Shown: positions 38,734-47,013 of the stretch, piece after piece
Layout of the letters: each line of letters starts with the position of its first letter
How positions within the stretch are numbered: the stretch's first letter is position 1
Assembly (NCBI GenBank): GCA_039096225.1
Contig: JBBPEB010000006.1
Coordinates: 1,316,665 to 1,380,664 of the forward strand
Source of the DNA: Blastocystis sp. Blastoise
Taxonomy: Eukaryota; Protista; Bigyra: Opalinata
Direction: 5' to 3'
DNA: 64,000 nucleotides
Notes under the pieces: generated by a model
What the model saw: only the letters and a program-made list of their open reading frames with translations
Told to the model about the DNA's origin: nothing
Database searches by the model: none
Program-made: the position numbers and the translations under genes

Positions 38734-38863
38734 GAAGCTTCTAGAACCTTCTAGAACATTCAGGAACATTCTAGAACATTCTATAATAGTAAATATTACT
38801 TTATATTTTTAAATGTTCTAGAACCTTCGAGAACCTTCGAGAACCTTCTAGAACCTTCTAGAA
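38734..38863. promoter_or_regulatory. Two HSE-like arrays (10 + 10 units) upstream of the primase-helicase
   Basis: 38734-38781 and 38816-38863 show perfect 5-bp-phased alternation of GAA and TTC. Confidence 0.65.
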
Positions 38864-38973
38864 CATCCTTTTTATACTTTAGTGTTTTAAATGTATATAC
38901 AATAAACAAAACAATTTTCAATGATTTTTTACAAGTTTATAAGTAAAACTAGAAAAATAAACAAGAAAATAAA

Positions 38974-39597
38974 TTAAATTTCAATTGGTTCTTGACTATT
39001 AATATATGTACATGAATGAGGCCATCCATTTTTATCATATAAAATACCATCCCAGAAATACATTTGTTTTGAAGGATCTCTTTTAATCTTGTTAATACTC
39101 TTAGCATGAACAACTTCATAAGAATAAACTTTACCTTTTTCATCATAAAGAAATCCATCTTCCATATGGAATTTCATAATATCAAAATCATCATCTTTAG
39201 AATTCGAATGTTCTTTAGAATCTTCAGAACATAAAATAGTAGTTCTATCACTTTCTAAAAGATCTTCAGTATTGATAATATCTTGAATATCTTGTTCTTC
39301 ATTAAGTTGTTGAGTATAAATATCAGCAGCGAATTCTTCATAATCTTCAAGACCTTTAATAACCGCGTTTATACGTTTTAAAGCTGATCTATAGTTTTCG
39401 ACTTCGAAAGAAGCAAGACGTTCTTTAGATTTTGCAATACCCAATAGATTCTTTTCTCTATTCAATTGAGACTGATGTAAATCAATATCACGAAGAACAT
39501 TCTTATGAACTTCAACAGCCTTCTTAGAATTCTTTAGAAGTTCCATACGAACAGTTTGAAGACATTTACGGGAATCAGCAGAAAGATTAAATTGCAT
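38974..39597 (-). CDS. Viral hypothetical coiled-coil protein (~207 aa from ATG 39597)
   Basis: Intact ORF, 4-unit HSE at 39709-39726 upstream, 3' motif at 38905-38914. Confidence 0.75.
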   Translation of the reverse strand: MQFNLSADSRKCLQTVRMELLKNSKKAVEVHKNVLRDIDLHQSQLNREKNLLGIAKSKERLASFEVENYRSALKRINAVIKGLEDYEEFAADIYTQQLNEEQDIQDIINTEDLLESDRTTILCSEDSKEHSNSKDDDFDIMKFHMEDGFLYDEKGKVYSYEVVHAKSINKIKRDPSKQMYFWDGILYDKNGWPHSCTYINSQEPIEI

Positions 39598-39995
39598 TAT
39601 AATCGCGAATATCGTTACAGAGAGAAAATTTGTATTTATCAAAATGAAATAAATAATACATTTAAATGGAATATTAAATATTCTAGGAGACAGTCTAGAA
39701 TCTCTATGGAATGTTCTAGAAGGTTCATTTGATTGGCTAATTTTGTCGACTTAGCATTTTTTATTTGTGTTTCAATGACGAGTATAGTTGGCATCTGTAA
39801 TCTGATTGGATACAAAAATTAGTAAAACACAATTAGACGATGACGACGATGTGTCATACGAAATAAGTTATTTTATTGGCTTATTTTCCAGCTGGAAGCA
39901 ATAGGCTTTTGTTAGCAACTGAAATGAAGAACTGTACACTAAAAATAGTATATTTAATATATTGTATAAAAATACTTTTGAAGGTTTAAATAATC

Positions 39996-40523
39996 ATGGA
40001 AATTCCTGATAGTCTTTCTGCCAGTTTATCCCCTTTCGGTCAAGCCATGATATCCCCCTTGTTGAATCCATTTGAAAATAGTGTTTCTGCAAATCCTATG
40101 GCTTTACCCAATGATAATGATTTCTGTTTTAATTCGCGTGACGAAATCATATTTGAAGATCCACCTCAAGAAATTCATCCAATCAATGATGTTTACGTAT
40201 CTAAAAATCCAGATAGATATCATTCGGTTAACAATCAACCAATACAATTTCAAGATCAAGTAAATACAAATCCTGATAAGCAAGCATTATTATTTACAAA
40301 TGAGGAGTTAACAAATATATCCAGTCAATTCGAATCTTTATTTCAAACTATGGAAACGGCTGATAATATATTAAATAGTATTTATTGTACTGTTGATCAT
40401 TTAAAAACAAAGATTGAAAGTCAGAAACAAGATTTGAAACAGATTCATGATGATTCTAAAGAAATTGTTTCATTATTATCCGAATATTCTATTCCTTCTA
40501 TGTCTGAAATATTTGATCATTAA
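39996..40523 (+). CDS. Viral hypothetical protein, 175 aa (disordered N-terminus, C-terminal coiled coil)
   Basis: Intact ORF; 3' motif at 40547-40556. Confidence 0.75.
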   Translation: MEIPDSLSASLSPFGQAMISPLLNPFENSVSANPMALPNDNDFCFNSRDEIIFEDPPQEIHPINDVYVSKNPDRYHSVNNQPIQFQDQVNTNPDKQALLFTNEELTNISSQFESLFQTMETADNILNSIYCTVDHLKTKIESQKQDLKQIHDDSKEIVSLLSEYSIPSMSEIFDH

Positions 40524-40722
40524 TTATTTTTATTTAATTAATTATTTTGTTTTGTTTATTTTTTTTTTAAATTAATTACACAAAGTTTAAATGGAGAATA
40601 GAATAGTTTCAAATAGAATTCTTGAATGGTCTAATGGATCTATTAAAGAAATATGTAACTACAGTATCATGGTTCGATTCCGTTAAAATGTTTCCATTAG
40701 ATTATTCAAGTGTTCTTTTTTT

Positions 40723-40770
40723 TTCTAGAACCTTCTCGAACATTCTAGAACCTTCTCGAACCTTCTGGAA
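40723..40770. promoter_or_regulatory. HSE-like array (10 units) upstream of the SSB-like gene
   Basis: TTCtaGAAccTTCtcGAAcaTTCtaGAAccTTCtcGAAccTTCtgGAA. Confidence 0.65.
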
Positions 40771-40846
40771 AATTGATTCATTTGAAAAGAATATCGTAAA
40801 ATATTAGTATTAAAATACTTATATTTTTACTAAATACTTAACTAAA

Positions 40847-41440
40847 ATGTCTTCAACTGAATTTAAGAAACCTACTATTCTTGATACTTCTAACTTTAAT
40901 TTACAATGGGATGACACCAAAGAAAATGCTGTTCTTTTAAATAATAATCATCGTGTATGTATTTCTACTGATGCTACACCATGTTTATTTGGTTATATTG
41001 TTACACGTGATAAATGGACTTTAATAACGATTGAAGATGATAATCAAGTATTCTTAACTGCTTATAAAGAACTTTATCGTAAATTATGTGAATTATGTCC
41101 TGATGGTGATATTGTTAATTTTGTACGTATGGATAATGGTAAATATAAGATTACAATTAAAGTACCTATTAATGCATCGAAGAATGTTACTATTGATATT
41201 ACTGATAAAAGAGATAAGAAGATTAATATCGGTAAAGATCCTAAGTTAACTTACGAAGAAATACGTGAAAAGTATATTCCACCAAATACGTTATGTAAAG
41301 TATTATTTACAATACATGGTATTCATCGTTATAATAACAAGTATTATATTGGTTTATATGCACGTTCTATTAAAGTATTCGATAAATCTACGAAGAATAC
41401 TAACAGCAATGATACTATTATTGATTTAACTAAATTATAA
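40847..41440 (+). CDS. Probable OB-fold single-stranded DNA-binding protein (T7 gp2.5-like / NCLDV type)
   Basis: Size and the C-terminal pattern IPPNTLCKVLFTIHGIHRYNNKYYIGLYARSIKV fit this family; it lies near the helicase. Confidence 0.6.
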   Translation: MSSTEFKKPTILDTSNFNLQWDDTKENAVLLNNNHRVCISTDATPCLFGYIVTRDKWTLITIEDDNQVFLTAYKELYRKLCELCPDGDIVNFVRMDNGKYKITIKVPINASKNVTIDITDKRDKKINIGKDPKLTYEEIREKYIPPNTLCKVLFTIHGIHRYNNKYYIGLYARSIKVFDKSTKNTNSNDTIIDLTKL

Positions 41441-41515
41441 ATTTTTAATGTTAAATTTATTTTTTATTAATATATTTGTTTTGTTTATAAATAATTTTAT
41501 AATTGAAATAAAAAA

Positions 41516-43144
41516 ATGCAAAGTTGTATCTTAGGAATGCCAAGTCCTGGTACTTTTGGTATGAATTTAATTTCAACTGGAAAAGAATATAGGCGATATA
41601 ATACACAACCATTACATAAAATGGATCAATATAATCCAATATTTCATGAAATAGGTCCAAATTCATCTATGCCTGTGTCTACTTTAGAAAGTAAAGAAAT
41701 ACATGATGGTAAAGAAGATGATTATGTAGATCGTTCTAAAACATTTGGTAAAGATGCTGTTCCACAAGGAAATGGTGCTTTAATTCGTGCTAGAGCAGCA
41801 GGTAAAGGTGTAATGAAAGCAGCTGGTCCAGAAGAAGATAAAATAGATGGTGAAGATCGTCAATATAAAGTATTAAATCCATGTAAACCAAGACGTAAAT
41901 CTGGTAGAGGAATTATTCCAAATAAATCAGAAATCAATAAATTAGAGAATAATCAAGGTTCTGGTATTGGTGATGCAATTAAAAATAAAGTAAAAGATAT
42001 GTATCAACGAAATGTATTAGATATAAGAGATGCTATTGTAGATAAAAAAGCTAATAGAAAAGCTCGTGATGCATTAGCTATTTTAACTCAATATGTTGGT
42101 GATGGTCATCATGATCTTGATGATGAATTCAAAAGATTCTATGAACATAAAATAAAACGTGGTGGAAAGATTCCTATATCTGTTGCTTCAGCAATTATGA
42201 ATGCAATTAAAAATAAGAAAATGATTAAGAATCCAAAATTAAGAAGAATGTTAAGACCCTCTATTATACCAAAATATATAGATTTAGATTCAGCTCAAAG
42301 TGGTGATGGTATATTAAGAGTAAAAAGAGGTGGTGGATTCTGGAGCGGATTAATGGATTATGCACCAGCTCTATTAGGTGTAGTTGATAAAGGTATGGAT
42401 TCTTTTGCTAAAGGTAGAAAAGCTTATTATGATACACATTTGGCACAACAATCAAGTGAATTAAATGATATGGAATTTGAAATGGAAAAATTAAAACGTC
42501 AACAAGCATTAAATGAAATGAAAAAGCAAATAGGTTCAGGAAATACAATAAATAAAATGTTTGAAGGATATTATGATGTAGCTGATGAAATGCAAGATGC
42601 TCTTGATGAAGATGATAGACTACATCCACAACCCGTTGTTCAACCTCCACCACCTCCACAACAACAAGTTGATCGACCTCCTCAATCTCAACCTCCTCAA
42701 CCTTATAAACCCATGTCTCGTGATGAACAAAGTTATTATTATAAGATTTATGGTTTCCCTCAAAATGATAAAGAAAAAGTCGATAGAAAATGGAAAGAAG
42801 ATGAAAGGGATAAACGAATAGCTGCAAGAAGAGCTAAACGTAGAGGTTATGGTGGTCGAGTTAAATTAAGTAAAGCAGAATTCTTAGAACGAATGAGAAG
42901 AGGAAAAGAAGCTAAAAAGAAAAGAGGTGGTGATTTGAATCCATTAGTATCATTTTATACAGATTTTATAATACCTGCAGGAGTGGCACGAAAAAAACGT
43001 AAAATCCAAGAGGCTGATTTAAAACAATTACAAATTATAAAACAGAAAAGAGATAATAATGAAACATTAAATGCAGGTGACGAATTGTTTTGGAAAAAAA
43101 AGAAATATATGTTATCAAAAAACTCAGGGGAGGGGATCTGGTAA
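41516..43144 (+). CDS. Basic core polyprotein candidate (542 aa) with ~11 GxG/GG putative protease sites
   Basis: K/R-rich; contains QGNGA, AGKGV, SGRGI, QGSGI, KRGGK, SGDGI, KRGGGF, IGSGN, GYGGR, KRGGD and SGEGI; overlaps the protease ORF. Confidence 0.75.
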   Translation: MQSCILGMPSPGTFGMNLISTGKEYRRYNTQPLHKMDQYNPIFHEIGPNSSMPVSTLESKEIHDGKEDDYVDRSKTFGKDAVPQGNGALIRARAAGKGVMKAAGPEEDKIDGEDRQYKVLNPCKPRRKSGRGIIPNKSEINKLENNQGSGIGDAIKNKVKDMYQRNVLDIRDAIVDKKANRKARDALAILTQYVGDGHHDLDDEFKRFYEHKIKRGGKIPISVASAIMNAIKNKKMIKNPKLRRMLRPSIIPKYIDLDSAQSGDGILRVKRGGGFWSGLMDYAPALLGVVDKGMDSFAKGRKAYYDTHLAQQSSELNDMEFEMEKLKRQQALNEMKKQIGSGNTINKMFEGYYDVADEMQDALDEDDRLHPQPVVQPPPPPQQQVDRPPQSQPPQPYKPMSRDEQSYYYKIYGFPQNDKEKVDRKWKEDERDKRIAARRAKRRGYGGRVKLSKAEFLERMRRGKEAKKKRGGDLNPLVSFYTDFIIPAGVARKKRKIQEADLKQLQIIKQKRDNNETLNAGDELFWKKKKYMLSKNSGEGIW

Positions 43145-43710
43145 AGAGTAAAGATGAAAAACTTATTCAAAATTCAATGAATTGTGATAATCCTATTATA
43201 TCTGATAAAACTCGTCATGTTACTCCTAGATCCCCTGATAATTTCAAACAAACTCTATCTCAATATTGTAATATACCAAATTCTTTAATATCTCAATTAT
43301 ATAATTATGCTTATTTAAATAAACCTACCTCTTCTGTTGCTTGTGATCGTGCTGAAAATGTTATGAAACAATTAAATAAAACGAATTCTCAATCTTATAA
43401 TTATTATAATAGTTATGATGATTTTGAACAAAATATAGATCAAGATCAAACTAAATTTAATATGATCTTTCATGAAAGTCCTAGTGATCCTTATAATGGT
43501 CATTTTGAAGCTGTTATTTATAATGGTAATAAAAATATAGAACACTATTCATCATTAGGAAATAAACCTACTTTTTCAAAATCATTTATTCAAAATCATA
43601 ATATTCAATATAATCCTATTCAACACCAAAAAACTACAAGTAATGCAAATGGTTGCTTTTATTATTCTTTACTTTATTTACTTTCTAATGGAAATCTTAT
43701 GCCTTGTTAA
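43090..43710 (+). CDS. Adenain-like (clan CE) maturation cysteine protease, in the -1 frame relative to the upstream ORF (first in-frame ATG at 43177)
   Basis: GHFEAVIY (catalytic H), IEHYSSLG (cf. YFDSxG), and QHQKTTSNANGCFYYSLLYL (oxyanion Q, catalytic C). Confidence 0.8.
   Translation: MEKKEIYVIKKLRGGDLVKSKDEKLIQNSMNCDNPIISDKTRHVTPRSPDNFKQTLSQYCNIPNSLISQLYNYAYLNKPTSSVACDRAENVMKQLNKTNSQSYNYYNSYDDFEQNIDQDQTKFNMIFHESPSDPYNGHFEAVIYNGNKNIEHYSSLGNKPTFSKSFIQNHNIQYNPIQHQKTTSNANGCFYYSLLYLLSNGNLMPC
43117..43238 (+). other. Putative -1 programmed ribosomal frameshift signal
   Basis: In-frame A AAA AAC (43117-43123), a 7-nt spacer, and stems 43131-43141/43226-43236 and 43146-43151/43220-43225. Confidence 0.7.
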
Positions 43711-43796
43711 AACATTCTAGAATATTCTAGAATCTTTAATTTATTATATTAATATTTTGTATAATTAATTTGTTTTGTTTATTATTTAATACTATA

Positions 43797-43952
43797 ATGA
43801 CAAAGAAACGATTTGGCAATTACTACTTAGATCGTAGTGCAGAAACTTTAGAGAATGTAAATGAAATACTGTCAGTTATTGAAATTGTTCTTATTATTAT
43901 ATATATTTTACTTTACTTTTATATGTCCAAGAAACGTTCTAGAACATTCTAG
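43797..43952 (+). CDS. Small single-pass membrane protein (51 aa)
   Basis: ATG at 43797; ILSVIEIVLIIIYILLYFYM followed by SKKR; HSE upstream and 3' motif downstream. Confidence 0.5.
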   Translation: MTKKRFGNYYLDRSAETLENVNEILSVIEIVLIIIYILLYFYMSKKRSRTF

Positions 43953-44054
43953 AACATTCATTTTGAACTGGCTCTATTTGTAGAATCTTTAATTTATTAT
44001 ATTAGTGTTTTGTATAATTAATTTGTTTTGTTTAATCATTGGTTAATTTAAATA

Positions 44055-44429
44055 ATGAACAAGAAATATCTTAGTTATTCTTATTTTTGTCGTGTGATGA
44101 AGAATCTAAAAGAAGAAGGAATTAAATCTAAAAAGAATGAAATAGCAAATCTATTAGAACAATTTTTAAATAACAATAACAGCAAAAATCTTAGTGATTT
44201 GCAATTGAGTTACTGTAGAAACATGTTACTTTATATAGATGATCCTGTGATTCATCAACGTCTTGAAATGCTATTGGATAAACAATATATGAAGAATGAG
44301 AATCAATATCAAGATGATAAGAATCTTATTCAACCCAATAATATGTTTATGCCAACTATGAAAAGTAATCAACAACAAAATCAATATCAAAATAATAATA
44401 ATAATCTATCTTTCTTACCTTTCAATTAA
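44055..44429 (+). CDS. Viral hypothetical protein, 124 aa (N/Q-rich tail)
   Basis: Intact ORF, HSE at 43937-43959, 3' motif variant at 44453-44462. Confidence 0.65.
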   Translation: MNKKYLSYSYFCRVMKNLKEEGIKSKKNEIANLLEQFLNNNNSKNLSDLQLSYCRNMLLYIDDPVIHQRLEMLLDKQYMKNENQYQDDKNLIQPNNMFMPTMKSNQQQNQYQNNNNNLSFLPFN

Positions 44430-44504
44430 TTTTTATATCCTTTTATTACTAGTTGTTTAGTTATATTCAAAATTTAAAAACAAAACAAACATAAAAACAT
44501 AAAA

Positions 44505-45440
44505 TTATTCAATTAATTTTTTAAATAAATTATTATTTTCTAAAGATACATAAGAATTAATATGTGTATAATCATTATGACATAAAGCAGAAGCAGAATT
44601 TTCTATATCTTGGAATGTATTGGTTGTAGTTGTAGCATATAATTTTCTTAATGCATTAATGGTTAATTTTGGATGGATTTGTTTTAAATGTTTATTCACA
44701 AACCAATCAAATGCTTTAGTAGTAAATCCAGTTCTAACAGAAGATTCAAATATAAATTTACGATTTGGATTTCTTTTTAAGAGTAATTCTAGATCTTCAA
44801 TCAATTCTTTTGGTGCATCTAATTGAATTGTAGAGTATTTACCAGCAGTTTTATAATCATTTAATAGAATAGAACCAGTATGTTTCTCTTTATCATAAAC
44901 AATATAATTCTTATGAATAGCTGGATCAATAGTATCTTCTGGAGTTAGAATGAATAATTGAGCATAATCAGCACGAGCAGGAGGAAGATAGGAGTAAAAA
45001 TCTAATATTAATCGTAATGGGTTATAATTTTCTAATTTATCGTGATATTCATGTAAATATGGAGTCGTAATACCATCTTTAATAAGATCTTGAATCAAAG
45101 TACGTTTCTTATTATCCAGATATTTTTCATACATAGAATTGATAATCACATAAAATTCACACCATTTATTTAAAATACCTTCTTTATTTAATGAAGAAAC
45201 ATTACGTATAATAAATAAAATCAATTCACATAACGATTTCATTGGACTAATTTTGATTTTACGTTCATTTACCATATAATCCATGAATGAATAAGGATTC
45301 TTTAAGAATTCTGAGAACTTTTTAAATGGTAATGGGAAAATATATAAATTGAAATAATTGGTTAAACGTTTTTTCCAAATATCAGAATAATTTGAATTCT
45401 GTATAACCAAAAGATACTTGTCATAATTCGTATTTTTCAT
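44505..45440 (-). CDS. Tyrosine recombinase 2 (~311 aa from ATG 45440)
   Basis: LPPARADY (R), LNDYKTAGKY (K), FIF, INALRKLYAT (R) and LCHNDYTHINSY (H...Y), the pattern of PLV/virophage/NCLDV-type tyrosine recombinases. Confidence 0.85.
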   Translation of the reverse strand: MKNTNYDKYLLVIQNSNYSDIWKKRLTNYFNLYIFPLPFKKFSEFLKNPYSFMDYMVNERKIKISPMKSLCELILFIIRNVSSLNKEGILNKWCEFYVIINSMYEKYLDNKKRTLIQDLIKDGITTPYLHEYHDKLENYNPLRLILDFYSYLPPARADYAQLFILTPEDTIDPAIHKNYIVYDKEKHTGSILLNDYKTAGKYSTIQLDAPKELIEDLELLLKRNPNRKFIFESSVRTGFTTKAFDWFVNKHLKQIHPKLTINALRKLYATTTTNTFQDIENSASALCHNDYTHINSYVSLENNNLFKKLIE

Positions 45441-45528
45441 TGTTTTTCTCAAGTAGAATCTTTAAAACTTCTATTTTGAAAAGAATAATACATAAGAAAA
45501 TCAAAATAAAATATCTAAGATTCTCATG

Positions 45529-45576
45529 TTCTCGAATGTTCTAGAAGTTTCGAGAATGTTCTAGAATATTCTAGAA
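45529..45576. promoter_or_regulatory. HSE-like array (10 units) upstream of tyrosine recombinase 2
   Basis: Alternating TTC/GAA at 5-bp phase, ~90 nt upstream of ATG 45440. Confidence 0.65.
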
Positions 45577-46435
45577 AATTGATATACATGCCGCCACCTA
45601 AAACCACTGGAACATAATTAGTTTCCCCAGTTTCCCCATAATAATTGTGTTTTTGTGTTCCAAAATCCCTCATTTTTACATTTTTAAGCAATTTGATTGG
45701 ACAATTCACGATGACGCATCCTATTTCCATAACGGTCACCCTTGTTTCCAAAAGTCTCTCGTTATAATCGTGGTGGTGGGTACATCTTTTTACAAGACCA
45801 CACCACCACCAGCTTTTCTTTCACCCACTATAAATACATACCTTGATCACTTTACTCTTTTTATATAAATTTTTTTATGATTATCATTACTTTTTATATT
45901 ATTTATTGATCACTATACATACATTTTTATTTTTATATATTCCCGTGATTATTTTTATTATTTCTTTTTTAGATAGAACCATCCATTTCATCTTTTCTCT
46001 ATATAAAGGGAGGGTCGGGGTGTGTGTTTATTTAGCACATTCTGTGCTTCTTTTCGTATTTCTTTCTGTATTCCCGTGATTATTTTACTCACTTTACCAA
46101 CGATGGAGTCATTTTCCATGAATATTTCCTGTAAAGGGGAGGGTTGGACTGTGTATTTTATTTCTTTTATGATTACTATGAGTTTCTCCTTGATCACTTT
46201 ACGTTTCACGTTGGAATCGGAACACAAATAAATTAAAAATAAATAAACATGGGAAAAAATAAATACACACACACACTACCCTACACTCCCATGGTTATTT
46301 TACTTCAGAAATGTTATTAATTCTTCCGTCGAGAACAAAAAGGGGGGATGACTTCCCCGCTTATGGCTGCGCGCGTCGCGCAGACTCTATGCGGGGTTTG
46401 CATACCCCCTTCTGCAGTTCGAAGAACGGAAGAAT
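45539..46435 (-). repeat. Right terminal inverted repeat (897 bp)
   Basis: Reverse complement of 18531-19426. Confidence 0.97.
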
Positions 46436-46727
46436 TATTAATTAGTTTATTTTATATAAAAATGTTATAATTACAAAAGTAAAAGTGTAAATATTGAGAT
46501 ATCAAGATGATATTTGTAATGAGAATTAAAAATAACTAAAGAAAATATTATAAATATTAATTAGAAGACTATTTATTATTTGAATATTATTTAAATTTTT
46601 TCTTTTATAAAACAATGAGACCTTTGATGATAAACTAACTGAATATGTCTATATATATATAATAATAATAAAATATATTTGATTATTTTGAGCTGATAGA
46701 TAGTTCAATTCTATATATAGAATAATA

Positions 46728-46796
46728 ATTTAAGTCAGGAATTGAACCTGAAATATATATATATATATATATTCTATCCATTTATAGAACTTAAAT
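46728..46796 (-). ncRNA. tRNA-like cloverleaf, copy 4 (middle arm is (AT)n)
   Basis: Minus strand: ATTTAAG/CTTAAAT, TTCTAT-aaatgg-ATAGAA and TCAGG-TTCAATT-CCTGA. Confidence 0.5.
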
Positions 46797-46937
46797 AATA
46801 AAATAATAATATATTTTAATATATTGAATTCATCTTCTATATATATATATAATAATAATAATAATATAATTTAATAAGACGAAAAAAGAATATAAATAAT
46901 ATATAAACATAATAATATAATTATAATAAAATATAAG

Positions 46938-46958
46938 ATTTAAGTCAGGAGTTGAACC

Positions 46959-46992
<34 letters not shown>

Positions 46993-47013
46993 CATCCATT
47001 ATGGAGCTTAAAT
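46938..47013 (-). ncRNA. tRNA-like cloverleaf, copy 5 (middle arm is (AT)n)
   Basis: Minus strand: ATTTAAG/CTTAAAT, CTCCAT-aatgg-ATGGAG and TCAGG-TTCAACT-CCTGA. Confidence 0.5.

Larger units (their letters stand above)
18531..46435. mobile_element. Endogenous Polinton-like / virophage-like DNA virus, 27.9 kb, apparently full length
   Basis: Long TIRs enclose dense intronless ORFs (unlike the intron-rich flanks) encoding DJR capsids, pentons, A32 ATPase, protease, primase-helicase and tyrosine recombinases. Confidence 0.93.

Noticed and set aside
38734-38863. CRISPR array or plain minisatellite
   Set aside because: The 10-bp period has no unique spacers, there are no cas genes and the context is eukaryotic. 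Invariant GAA/TTC with variable spacers fits binding sites better.
18531-46435. Classical Maverick/Polinton call
   Set aside because: No pPolB motifs, no rve DDE integrase, no 6-bp TSD and no AG...CT termini.
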